Part shown: positions 36,792-45,608 of the stretch, piece by piece
How the letters are laid out: each line of letters opens with the position of its first letter
Numbering within the stretch: the first letter of the stretch is position 1
IMG/VR virus record: IMGVR_UViG_3300044712_002452
Coordinates: 75,336-139,335 of that record
Length of the DNA stretch: 64,000 nt
DNA from: a virus
Lineage: Duplodnaviria > Heunggongvirae > Uroviricota > Caudoviricetes
Reading direction: 5' to 3' (one strand)
Translations under genes and position numbers: made by a program
Notes under the pieces: model-generated
What the model was told of the DNA's origin: nothing
The model's input: only the letters and a program-made list of their open reading frames with translations
The model's database searches: none

Positions 36792-37360
36792 TACTTGTAG
36801 TTTAGGATTTGAAAATTATCATCTACTTCAATGATTGAAATATGACTTAAGCTTTCTATGAACTGCTCTTTGTTAGGATAGTACTTAGAGTTGGCATGCG
36901 CCATTCCAGCTAAAAATGTTTTTTCCAAATCTTCTTGAGTGTATTCATTTGGGTTTGATTTCCAACCTTTTTTGAAAGCTTTAAAAAATTTCCTAAAACC
37001 AAAAATACCTCTATTACCTACGATACTTGCTCTTTTCTCGTCATCTTTATTCAAAGGTTCTTTGTATTGAGATAGTGCTAGTTTTTCAACATATTTATCC
37101 AAATTAATAACTGGTGTATCTTGAAAAAGAGATATACTTTGTGCAACTATTTTGCTTCCGGCATCTTCGTCAGCAACCCAATAAATAAGTATATCTGATT
37201 CAACAGGTCGGTATGTTTTATTTCCCTGTTTTAAGAAAGTTTTGTTGGTAATTTTTTTCATGCTATACTTTTTTCCAGTGAATGTTTTCGAGTCCAATAA
37301 GATCGTCAATTTCTTCAACATAGACTTCCCATACCAACCTTCTATTTTCACCGTTATCAT
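36791..37360 (-). CDS. hypothetical protein
   Basis: 189 aa ORF. Confidence 0.45.
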   Translation of the reverse strand: MITVKIEGWYGKSMLKKLTILLDSKTFTGKKYSMKKITNKTFLKQGNKTYRPVESDILIYWVADEDAGSKIVAQSISLFQDTPVINLDKYVEKLALSQYKEPLNKDDEKRASIVGNRGIFGFRKFFKAFKKGWKSNPNEYTQEDLEKTFLAGMAHANSKYYPNKEQFIESLSHISIIEVDDNFQILNYK

Positions 37361-37493
37361 CAGATATCATTACCTGTTGAGCATCTGACACAGTAAAAGT
37401 ATCAAGTTTCAAAGTAGCTATTTTGATAAACGCATCTTTAGATAATAGTTCGTACCCTGCGCTTAATAATTTGATTTTATCTCCGGTTTTCAT
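37263..37493 (-). CDS. hypothetical small protein
   Basis: 76 aa. Overlaps the upstream gene by about 98 nt, so the true start is unclear. Confidence 0.3.
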   Translation of the reverse strand: MKTGDKIKLLSAGYELLSKDAFIKIATLKLDTFTVSDAQQVMISDDNGENRRLVWEVYVEEIDDLIGLENIHWKKV

Positions 37494-37531
37494 ATCAAAT
37501 GCTTTAAAATGTGATCAAATGCCGTTGAAAA

Positions 37532-37753
37532 CTATAATTTTTCAAGCTCCGCTTTTATGGTGCACCAGTAGTTTGTCTTTTCAGAACTCTCGGCATTATC
37601 GGCTAGAAGTACTACGGCTACTAAAGCGGATTTTTTAGCAATGCTTTTATTTACCAGGTAAATATTTACCGGGTTGCCATCAGCATCAGTCGCCTCTTTT
37701 ACAAAATGTCGAAACTTATCCCGAAAAGCTATGGCTTGTTCTTTTAAAGTCAT
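37532..37753 (-). CDS. hypothetical small protein
   Basis: 73 aa ORF. Confidence 0.35.
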   Translation of the reverse strand: MTLKEQAIAFRDKFRHFVKEATDADGNPVNIYLVNKSIAKKSALVAVVLLADNAESSEKTNYWCTIKAELEKL

Positions 37754-38133
37754 ATCAGATGTTTTAGAATGTGATCAAATGCTGCGGAATAAGCTTCTTG
37801 TGGTGAATTTGGTGAGTCATAATTAGCTGCAATAACTTCCCATCTGGGAATAATAGTGTCACTTTTTTTGTGAAACTGTGTCCAAAATTCGCCTTTATAA
37901 TTTTGTTCGCATGATATAAAAATACCGTGATTAACTCTCAACCATTCAACAACTTGGTGTTGTTCAGGTATTGAGTAATAAGGTACTTCAGATTGGTAGT
38001 GATTCCAATCATAAGTATCCCAAAAAAATTCTGCATCAGGTAGACATAATGGCAAAATTGTTTCATCTCCAATTTTTGCAGATTTCTGTCTATATGCTAA
38101 CGTAGGTACATCAAATCCTTTTTCTTTAAGCAA
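37750..38133 (-). CDS. hypothetical protein
   Basis: 127 aa ORF. Confidence 0.45.
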   Translation of the reverse strand: MLKEKGFDVPTLAYRQKSAKIGDETILPLCLPDAEFFWDTYDWNHYQSEVPYYSIPEQHQVVEWLRVNHGIFISCEQNYKGEFWTQFHKKSDTIIPRWEVIAANYDSPNSPQEAYSAAFDHILKHLI

Positions 38134-38190
38134 TTTTGCTTGTTAAAGTGTTACGTAATGTGCCATAATTATTTATTTTTTTTTGATTGA

Positions 38191-38260
38191 AGCATGTCAG
38201 GGAATCGAACCCCGCTATTAGTCACCCGCCCAATAATCATCATCCAAGACGAACATGCTG
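38191..38260 (-). other. tRNA-like 70-nt element (T-arm plus acceptor-like 3' end; not a canonical tRNA)
   Basis: Minus strand AGCAUGU...CGGGG-UUCGAUU-CCCUG-ACAUGCU-U has a terminal 7-bp pairing and a GGGGUUCGAUUCCC T-arm, but no canonical D or anticodon arms. Confidence 0.25.
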
Positions 38261-38324
38261 AAAAAAAGACCATTCAGGAGAGTAAATACCAACCCGAATG
38301 GTCATTTAAAATTGTGATACCCGG

Positions 38325-39128
38325 TTAATTAACCGTTTTTAGTAAAGACACCGGCGCGTTTCCGTATAACGGTGTTTTCCCATCCCATTTTTCAATAAAC
38401 TGCTGCTGAAGTAACTGAGGTGTGATACCGCTACTTCGAATTTTGTTTTGCTCAGCTTGGAGCATTTCAAGTTCATTTCTTTTACGCTGCTCTAAAATTT
38501 GTTGATCCAGTACACTGACGTTCGTATTGACTTCATTTCGACTATCGATCTTGGCTTTTACTTTTTCGCTGAAATCCAAATTAGCGGAAAACGTAATCAA
38601 TTCAAGACCTTTGTTTTTAAATGACTCTTTTACTAAATCTTGGATCCGTTGTTCAAACTTTAGCGAGCCACCGTTGGCCATTAAGGTATCAGTAGTATAT
38701 TTTCGGCTTTCTTCTTTAATCAAATCGTATATGTGAGGTTCCAGTACTTTATCTTCCAAAGCTTCCATAAATGAATCGTTGCTACCTAACCGGGCGTTTT
38801 GAAATACTACGTCAACGGCTGCGGACTCAATGATCTTGTAACTGTACAAAGGTTTTGCTGTGAATTCGGTATTATCGGCTGCTTTAAGATGCAATACACT
38901 TTCTCCAAAATTGGCTCTTTGTTCAAAAGCAGGTACTTGAAATAATTCAGATCCCGGAGCAATCGTGTTCACTCGTCCTTTTTCTACTGTGTAATCAGAT
39001 TTTGATTTACCGTAGTTTGACATCAGAACACCGTAATAGTTTGGTGCAACCCGTTCACAAGAAGTGAAGGATACCATTGAAATACAAAGTGCTAATAAGG
39101 TAATAGCTACCGTTCGAAATTTTCGCAT
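38325..39128 (-). CDS. lipoprotein, possibly SPFH/band-7-like
   Basis: Signal peptide plus lipobox FTSC. 267 aa. Terminator hairpin at 38265-38300. Confidence 0.45.
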   Translation of the reverse strand: MRKFRTVAITLLALCISMVSFTSCERVAPNYYGVLMSNYGKSKSDYTVEKGRVNTIAPGSELFQVPAFEQRANFGESVLHLKAADNTEFTAKPLYSYKIIESAAVDVVFQNARLGSNDSFMEALEDKVLEPHIYDLIKEESRKYTTDTLMANGGSLKFEQRIQDLVKESFKNKGLELITFSANLDFSEKVKAKIDSRNEVNTNVSVLDQQILEQRKRNELEMLQAEQNKIRSSGITPQLLQQQFIEKWDGKTPLYGNAPVSLLKTVN

Positions 39129-39133
39129 AATGC

Positions 39134-39304
39134 TTATTGGTTTTTGTTATTAGAAAAATAGTTGATGAAATGGTTAACGATGAAAATAATGCCGAATACT
39201 CCGACACCGATTCCAATCCAAGGATGGGCACGATTAAATAACCATCCGCAGAATCCAATAAAAGCCAGGATTCCAATGACTGTAAATGCACTTTTCAGAA
39301 ACAT
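39134..39304 (-). CDS. small membrane protein (56 aa, not in ORF track frame)
   Basis: MFLKSAFTVIGILAFIGFCGWLFNRAHPWIGIGVGVFGIIFIVNHF has two TM helices. Confidence 0.35.
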   Translation of the reverse strand: MFLKSAFTVIGILAFIGFCGWLFNRAHPWIGIGVGVFGIIFIVNHFINYFSNNKNQ

Positions 39305-39334
39305 TTGTTTTGTTGGTTTTAAATTAAAAAATAG

Positions 39335-39518
39335 TACCGAGGACAGGATTCGAACCTGTATGCCGCACTTCTAGCATTTATCATTTCTGCCGACTTTCCA
39401 ATCCTAAGTAGGTCAGAATCTAGTTGTCCCACTGACTAATGGCTTTCATCAGATTTTTAATGCTTAGGGTATGGGGTGCTGCTGAATCTCATGCGTCTAC
39501 CAATTTCGCCACCTCGGC
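39335..39518 (-). tRNA. tRNA-Leu-like gene interrupted by an about 120-nt insertion
   Basis: 5' part GCCGAGGUGGCGAAAUUGGUAGACGCAUGAGAUUCAG matches the canonical tRNA-Leu start (acceptor, D-arm, CAG in the anticodon-loop position). 3' part ACAGGUUCGAAUCCUGUCCUCGGUA is a T-arm plus the acceptor CCUCGGU, complementary to GCCGAGG. The two parts are 184 nt apart. Confidence 0.4.
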
Positions 39519-39668
39519 ATATCTAATGTTTTGTAATCCTTTTGTGCGATTAAATCCACAAGCCTCGCAAGCATATTAAGCTCACCTTCCTTACAAAACA
39601 CTAGAACGTAAATTCCCCAATATTTAAAGGAGTCATAATTTTTTGCGCCATGTAATTTAGTTTTGGTT

Positions 39669-40187
39669 TTAAAAATCATGCGGTGTCAGCAACTTAATCC
39701 AATTATCCAATAATCTGCAGATTTCAGTTTTTGTTGCCTCATCTGTCAGGTGATGCTTTTGAAACTTTTCATATTTATCTAATAGATTTTTTGGAGCTTG
39801 TTTGTAAGTAATATGCTCATAGTAAATTAAAGTACTCTTCAAATTTCCGGTTCTTACCGAGTTCATCATACACGCTAAATCGTTTGAAATACTTTTATAT
39901 TTTTTTGAATTATTATCAAAAACTAAATAAGGTATATCATAAAGCGGTACCGATTCTTTATCAATTTTCCAAAGCTCTTTAAGTTTTTCGTCTGGTACAA
40001 ATCCCAGAATAGCAGCTCCGCCTAAACAAGCTGTACATGCCAAATTACCCTTCAGACTTAACCATGTAAGCATATAAAACTTAAAGCCGTGTTTGTCCAA
40101 CCGTTTAACGTCTTGTTTTACGGATTCCAGTAGTTCACATATGGTAAACTCTCCAATATTATCTAAAGTCATAATTCTTTGTGCCAT
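39669..40187 (-). CDS. hypothetical protein (MAQRIMTLDNIGEF N-terminus)
   Basis: 172 aa. Its first about 16 codons and 20-nt upstream region are duplicated at 39600-39668. Confidence 0.5.
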   Translation of the reverse strand: MAQRIMTLDNIGEFTICELLESVKQDVKRLDKHGFKFYMLTWLSLKGNLACTACLGGAAILGFVPDEKLKELWKIDKESVPLYDIPYLVFDNNSKKYKSISNDLACMMNSVRTGNLKSTLIYYEHITYKQAPKNLLDKYEKFQKHHLTDEATKTEICRLLDNWIKLLTPHDF

Positions 40188-40264
40188 GTAATTTGGTTTT
40201 GGTGTAAAAAAAAATATGAAACAAATGAGTTCTGTACAGTTTGCACAGAACTCATTGAAAACGA

Positions 40265-40468
40265 TCAGTTTTCAGATTCCCAATAACAAACAGCTTCATC
40301 TTTTTTAAATGTGAAATTTTTCACAAGATAAAAACCTCTGTAGGGGCTTTTATCTTCATTTGGCAATCTGATAGACAAATTGGTATTATCTGAAAATCCG
40401 TTACTAAAAGTGAAATTGGTTTCACTTTTCACGATCATTCCAGTTGATAATTGAGCATAGTATGCCAT
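40265..40468 (-). CDS. hypothetical small protein
   Basis: 67 aa. Terminator hairpin at 40227-40257. Confidence 0.4.
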   Translation of the reverse strand: MAYYAQLSTGMIVKSETNFTFSNGFSDNTNLSIRLPNEDKSPYRGFYLVKNFTFKKDEAVCYWESEN

Positions 40469-40479
40469 AACGGTTGGTT

Positions 40480-40836
40480 TTAAAATTCTGGTTTATCGAC
40501 ACTTTCTTGATATTGTTTTCTGACCAATTCAGCCATATTCAATTTCAAGCGATCATTTTCTTTTTTCAACTCTTCGATTCGTTTTAACGGTTCGGCATTT
40601 GCGCCGGCGCCTGCCCATACCGAAACAATTTCTACTTTCTCATCGGTATCTACGTTGATAAAACCAATGTGTGTGATCATGGGTCGGTTTTCATCAGCTA
40701 CTTTTAAAATCATTTTAAACAAATCCACCAAAGGATTCAATATATCCGTTCTGGTGAGCGATGGGTTTTTGAAAAAATAGATTCCGATAGAAATTGCATT
40801 GACTATACGCCAATAAAAGTTTTTGATTTTCTGCAT
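40480..40836 (-). CDS. hypothetical protein
   Basis: 118 aa with a C-terminal coiled coil. Confidence 0.45.
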   Translation of the reverse strand: MQKIKNFYWRIVNAISIGIYFFKNPSLTRTDILNPLVDLFKMILKVADENRPMITHIGFINVDTDEKVEIVSVWAGAGANAEPLKRIEELKKENDRLKLNMAELVRKQYQESVDKPEF

Positions 40837-40861
40837 GACGGTTGATTTGTGAATTTTGGTT

Positions 40862-41065
40862 TTAAGTTTTCCATTTGATGCGGAAGATGGCGGTGTCTTG
40901 TTTGTCTATGCCAGGCCGTAGAATATTTGGGCACATTACAACTGCACCGATAGATGCATAATTACTAACCATTATGTCTTGTATCTCCCTTTCTTCGCCT
41001 TTGTATGTTTCTGTATCGTCTATTATTCGATACCCCGGCTTCATGTCTTGTATTGGGTAGCTCAT
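40862..41065 (-). CDS. hypothetical small protein
   Basis: 67 aa ORF. Confidence 0.35.
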   Translation of the reverse strand: MSYPIQDMKPGYRIIDDTETYKGEEREIQDIMVSNYASIGAVVMCPNILRPGIDKQDTAIFRIKWKT

Positions 41066-41077
41066 GGGTGGTAGTTT

Positions 41078-41821
41078 TTAACTTTTATCGATCACAATGA
41101 TTTTACCCCCTACTAAAGTTCCACTGTTTTTGAAAGCGCCTTTTTCGATATCAATAACGGTGGCGTTTAAATCGATCATTGAACTTCTGAAATCAATTTG
41201 CTTTTTTTGACTTCCAAAAGTCCAACTTTCAGAAGTAATACAAACTAACCGACCGCCATCGGCAAGACAGTTATACATCATTTTAAGATGATCAATGTCT
41301 TGGTTATTGGTGAAAGGCGGATTAGCAATGATTTTGGTGTACTTTTTACCGGCATGCTGCAAAAAATCCGCACCGATTAAGTTGAAACGCAATCCGCTTT
41401 TATTCAAAACGATTTGGTTTACATCCATCAGTTCGTAACAATCGGGTACGACATCACAAACTTTATTGATTGCTTTTATGATGGCTCCTTGGCCGGCGCT
41501 GGGTTCCAAAATGGTATCCGTAGGCTTCAAATCCGCTAATTGAACCAATTGGTCCGCCAAAAAATCGGGTGTAGCAAAAAATTGAAACTCTTTTTTCAAA
41601 TTTCTTTGTTCGCCATTGGCTATTTGGGCCAGTAAATCCGAAGGATCTTTTTGAAATACGAATCCAGCGGTTTTCCCACCTTTCCATTTACCCCCAATAA
41701 GTTCTAAAGATTTAGCCACTTCCAGGTATAACTTGCGGTCTAATTGACCCGCAGGTAGTTTTACGATAGATCCGTCTACAGTACAATTTTGCAGTACGGC
41801 TTCTTTTGTGGTCATCAGCAT
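41078..41821 (-). CDS. DNA N6-adenine methyltransferase (orphan, gamma-type motif order)
   Basis: AdoMet motif I ILEPSAGQGAI, then catalytic motif IV IIANPPF. Start MLMTTKE overlaps the stop of the upstream small gene. The -1 frame is open upstream to 41920. Confidence 0.7.
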   Translation of the reverse strand: MLMTTKEAVLQNCTVDGSIVKLPAGQLDRKLYLEVAKSLELIGGKWKGGKTAGFVFQKDPSDLLAQIANGEQRNLKKEFQFFATPDFLADQLVQLADLKPTDTILEPSAGQGAIIKAINKVCDVVPDCYELMDVNQIVLNKSGLRFNLIGADFLQHAGKKYTKIIANPPFTNNQDIDHLKMMYNCLADGGRLVCITSESWTFGSQKKQIDFRSSMIDLNATVIDIEKGAFKNSGTLVGGKIIVIDKS

Positions 41822-42045
41822 GTAATTTTGTTGTTTTGCAATACTTTTTTTCTTTCCCAGCCACCATTGGGCCGAGAGCACCGGCTGCAGGCACACGGAT
41901 CGATCGTAAACCGACCGCATCCCAGGTTATATCGATAGCCGGCGTCAATGCGCTGTTGGTACCATCCTTTGTCAATCCAAGATTGAAGGGTACATGGTTT
42001 TAGAACGCGGGTGACGCCGGCGTAATGAGTGGGAGAGTTCATCAT
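41815..42045 (-). CDS. small Cys-rich zinc-ribbon-like protein, paralog B
   Basis: WIDKGWYQQRIDAGYRYNLGCGRFTIDPCACSRCSRPNGGWERKK. Paralog of 4763..5002. Confidence 0.5.
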   Translation of the reverse strand: MMNSPTHYAGVTRVLKPCTLQSWIDKGWYQQRIDAGYRYNLGCGRFTIDPCACSRCSRPNGGWERKKVLQNNKITC

Positions 42046-42344
42046 TGTTCAAGGCTTTGGTTTTCTAAAACGGTTTGCTCTGACTCATTTTGGCTCATGT
42101 CAGAAAGCGTTTGAAAACCCATTCCACAAACCATATGAAAGCCGGTTTCATCTTCAATCACATCGCCTACGCTGGTACTACGGCATGGATTTTCCAAATT
42201 CCAGTGTAATACAAAATTTTGACTCATACGGAAAGCGTCATCTAATGATTCAGCTTCTACGGTTCCCACAAATTCACGGGGTTGATCAGCGACAGGCATA
42301 AAACGGTTTTCACCGGTGGCGTGCCAAATACGATAAGTTTTCAT
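42042..42344 (-). CDS. hypothetical protein
   Basis: 100 aa ORF. Confidence 0.4.
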   Translation of the reverse strand: MKTYRIWHATGENRFMPVADQPREFVGTVEAESLDDAFRMSQNFVLHWNLENPCRSTSVGDVIEDETGFHMVCGMGFQTLSDMSQNESEQTVLENQSLEQ

Positions 42345-42577
42345 GATTGGTGTTTTAGTGATTCAAAAAATGATTTTCCTGAAAAATTGTAATCCTTCCA
42401 GGTCCATTTTGTCTCACCGTTTATTTCAGTTTTCATGGGCAATTTGACGGTGTTGCTATATGTGCTTATCATGATAATATCGTTTCCGTCATCGAGCAAT
42501 TTTTCAACCATTTTTATAGGAAAACTACCCTGAAAAAGCATTATTGAACCGTCGGTTCGATTTAAAATCTGGTACAT
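42341..42577 (-). CDS. hypothetical small protein
   Basis: 78 aa ORF. Confidence 0.4.
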   Translation of the reverse strand: MYQILNRTDGSIMLFQGSFPIKMVEKLLDDGNDIIMISTYSNTVKLPMKTEINGETKWTWKDYNFSGKSFFESLKHQS

Positions 42578-42591
42578 AGTGAGAGTTTAGG

Positions 42592-43083
42592 TTAATACCG
42601 AAAACTGGTAAAATGGATGATTCCGCCGGTTGTTACTTTTTGTCCTACTTTAAACCAATCGGCAAAGTCGTGTAATGTGAGACCGTCGTTTTTTGCGATT
42701 TCGATCGGAGATACGTAGACTACATTTCGCGTAATTTCAGGATAAATAGATATTTTATCATGGCTCATCCCGTATTCGTCGATTCTAACCCGTTGAATTC
42801 CGATGTCGTGCTCTTTTGTTAAGCGCTCAATTTCGAACTGAGGTGAATTATACGGAGCGCCCGACCACTGGCGGAGGGATATTTCGGCCAGGCCTTTTCG
42901 CACTTCAATAATGCGTTTCCGCCAAAGTTCATAGTTTTCCCGGATCGTGTGAATTTTTTCACGGCGCGCAATTTTCTCCGCGAAATACGTGGGATTGCCA
43001 GCTTGAGAGTGTTTAGTTGGGAATTTTTTTGATATAATTAGAACAAATGTTTTCATGATTGGTGTTTTAATAGTGAACTCCAC
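42592..43083 (-). CDS. hypothetical protein
   Basis: 163 aa ORF. Confidence 0.45.
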   Translation of the reverse strand: MEFTIKTPIMKTFVLIISKKFPTKHSQAGNPTYFAEKIARREKIHTIRENYELWRKRIIEVRKGLAEISLRQWSGAPYNSPQFEIERLTKEHDIGIQRVRIDEYGMSHDKISIYPEITRNVVYVSPIEIAKNDGLTLHDFADWFKVGQKVTTGGIIHFTSFRY

Positions 43084-43285
43084 GCATTTCTACGCAGAGT
43101 TCACCAAATTATTTAATCGTGGTCATAATAATTACAATCCACAACTGTGTACCCTTGACCCCAAGCTATGTTACAAGCTTGTTTTCTGTTTTGAGCAGAA
43201 ATATCCAACACACACCTTCCATTTGGTGTATAAACACCTACGTTATAAGAATACATTTTGAATGATTTTAATGGTGACGTTATTT

Positions 43286-43612
43286 TTACAATAATTCAGT
43301 TGCGGCGTAACCCATTATTTGATCCAATGAGCCCATTTTGCAAAATCCGTCTTTGAATTGGATAGCAAAATTTTGTGAACCAAAGCGAATAGTGTCTTCA
43401 AATACTACTACTACTTTGTTATCCATATAGCGGGTTCTTGAAAGAACGTTTTCAATTTCTGAAAACACTTTTCTTGGAACACCGACGCATTCCCTGAATT
43501 TCATTTGGGCTGTTTCATATGGAAAATACCCAACGGCATTGAAGCCTGAAAAATTGATAGGTTCTTCAAATTTGATGAAACTCTTTTTTTGCATGATTGC
43601 ACTTAATAGCAT
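43286..43612 (-). CDS. hypothetical protein
   Basis: 108 aa ORF. Confidence 0.4.
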   Translation of the reverse strand: MLLSAIMQKKSFIKFEEPINFSGFNAVGYFPYETAQMKFRECVGVPRKVFSEIENVLSRTRYMDNKVVVVFEDTIRFGSQNFAIQFKDGFCKMGSLDQIMGYAATELL

Positions 43613-43818
43613 AAATCAGTGTTTTAATGGTTAAAAATGATTCCGCGGGCGAAAAAAAAACAGCTATAGATCCGGTGGCTTAACGTGGTGATTACTCAAC
43701 TTGGTAATCACATTTCAAAGAACTAAGCTCTTTCACGCTGTCGATTTGACTATCCGACTTTCAAGGCTCTCGGTTTTATTGAGCCGCTTTACTATAGCTG
43801 TTAAACTGCTCCGATTTC

Positions 43819-44175
43819 TTATTTAGGAAGCCGGCTTTCAATTTGTTCTAGCGTGTAATGATTTATCACTTCGAAAAAGTGGTCGATTTTTTGCTGATCA
43901 TAAAGATTTCGTCCACGGCCAAGCTTGTTTATTTCTTCGGTTATAATCCCGTGTTTTTGATCGATTACAATCCCGTGCGTATGATCAATTTTTTCGATAA
44001 ATGCCGACGCGGCCTTGCGAATTTCGGCGATTTCTGATCCGGCATTCTTTATGTAGTATTGCTTTCCGGAGGTTTTAATTGTTCGCACGGCGCGTTCGAT
44101 CCGATCTTCAATTTCTTCGATGATTTCAGAAGTGCTAAATTCTTCGAGATCGATATCAACATTGATATTTGCCAT
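43819..44175 (-). CDS. hypothetical protein
   Basis: 118 aa ORF. Confidence 0.4.
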   Translation of the reverse strand: MANINVDIDLEEFSTSEIIEEIEDRIERAVRTIKTSGKQYYIKNAGSEIAEIRKAASAFIEKIDHTHGIVIDQKHGIITEEINKLGRGRNLYDQQKIDHFFEVINHYTLEQIESRLPK

Positions 44176-44192
44176 AGTCCAAGATTAGAAGG

Positions 44193-44420
44193 TTAAGAAA
44201 TGGTTCTGTTTATGTAAACATTAAAAATTATCGAACCTACACCCGGAACATCTAAATGCGGGCTGACTTTATCAATAATCTCCAGACAGGCATCATGAAT
44301 TACCAGAAGCTCTGTTTTGCTCTCAGTCAGTAGCTTTTCATCAGTGCTATCGTTTAAGGTTTTGCTATGGTACTCAGCTCGCTCATTGATAGCGTCGAAC
44401 AGGGTTTTTAAGTCGTACAT
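44193..44420 (-). CDS. hypothetical small protein
   Basis: 75 aa ORF. Confidence 0.35.
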   Translation of the reverse strand: MYDLKTLFDAINERAEYHSKTLNDSTDEKLLTESKTELLVIHDACLEIIDKVSPHLDVPGVGSIIFNVYINRTIS

Positions 44421-44474
44421 TGGTTTTGGGTTTATATGATAAATTTTATTTTCAGCCGGCGGGCGTATAATTGA

Positions 44475-44714
44475 TTAAATGATTCCGGCCTCTTCGAGTT
44501 CATCGATCCTGAACATTGGGAGCGAATCAAATTTAGAGGACACTTTGGACACCGGATCGGCAAGAGCTATAACGTCGCTCCCCGCAATAATATCTCTTGC
44601 AAGGTCTTCTGTTGCAACAAGAACGCGATGCATTTCGCCGAATTTTATTAACCGAGCGGCGGTTTCTCCAGGCATTTCGATTTCAATCGTAATAGTGACT
44701 TTTTTGTTTTCCAT
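44475..44714 (-). CDS. hypothetical small protein
   Basis: 79 aa ORF. Confidence 0.35.
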   Translation of the reverse strand: MENKKVTITIEIEMPGETAARLIKFGEMHRVLVATEDLARDIIAGSDVIALADPVSKVSSKFDSLPMFRIDELEEAGII

Positions 44715-44796
44715 TATTTTAGTGTTTGAATTATAGTTTGGGATTTATGCCCAGCGCGGGCGGTGTATACCCTTATGCTTCACTTTCTCTTTCACC

Positions 44797-45042
44797 TTAA
44801 ACTGATACAGCTTTATCATCACTTACATATAACACTATAGCTGAAGTCATAAGATCAGCATCAAAATCACGGTACACCTTAATAAACTTATCTTCATCGT
44901 CTACAAGAACCCTAACATCTACTTTACCACAGATTTTAATCCTTCCTAAGTAAAAAGGAAATGATAGATCATGTGTAGACATAAGCCTATTACAATAAGC
45001 TTTACACCATTCAGGACTATAAACAGATTTAGCAGTATACAT
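44797..45042 (-). CDS. hypothetical small protein
   Basis: 81 aa ORF. Confidence 0.35.
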   Translation of the reverse strand: MYTAKSVYSPEWCKAYCNRLMSTHDLSFPFYLGRIKICGKVDVRVLVDDEDKFIKVYRDFDADLMTSAIVLYVSDDKAVSV

Positions 45043-45310
45043 CGTCCAGTAGTTTTGATTCGTTTTAATCTGAATATTAATTTCAGACTATATATGATTT
45101 AGCCATATATGCAGCCCCTATAACATGAATAACTCTGCAAATATAGATTTATTTCGGAGATTAAGAAGATACCCGTTTTTTTGTTCCCCCATACACACTC
45201 GCACACGATTGATTGTGAGATTTCTTAGGGGATATGTATGTATGTTCCACGAAATCGTGTGATTTCAGGTTTCAAGATGAGCCGTGGGCGCAGCTTTGGA
45301 AAAAAATAAG

Positions 45311-45345
45311 GGTTTCACGGTGTCTATGTTTTCCGTGAAACCCTT
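45311..45345 (-). terminator. terminator ending the GC-rich island transcript
   Basis: GGGTTTCACGG-tgtctatgttttc-CGTGAAACCC, an 11-bp stem. The minus strand follows with TTATTTTTTTCC. Confidence 0.55.
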
Positions 45346-45608
45346 ATAATCATTGAATAATTGCGAGATGGCACACGCAAGATGAGCCACCAGCGCGGGT
45401 TTAGATAATACTGCGTACTCCTTGTGGGGTTGCGCAGTGGTAAAGTGGCACACGGGATACCCTGAAGATGCGGTACGATGTGCGCACGATAGTTGAGCGA
45501 AGCAATTGCAAGTATGCAATGCTCGCTAATAAAACCCGCCTGCAAGGCTACGCAACGCTGGACGAAGCGTTACGTAGCTTTAGACTTGCTGCGGGGTCCG
45601 ATTGGGCA

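Noticed and set aside
39497-39679. 60-aa ORF 39497..39679
   Set aside because: It overlaps the tRNA-Leu 5' half and the truncated duplicated gene start (MAQKIMT...F-stop). Most likely not an independent gene.
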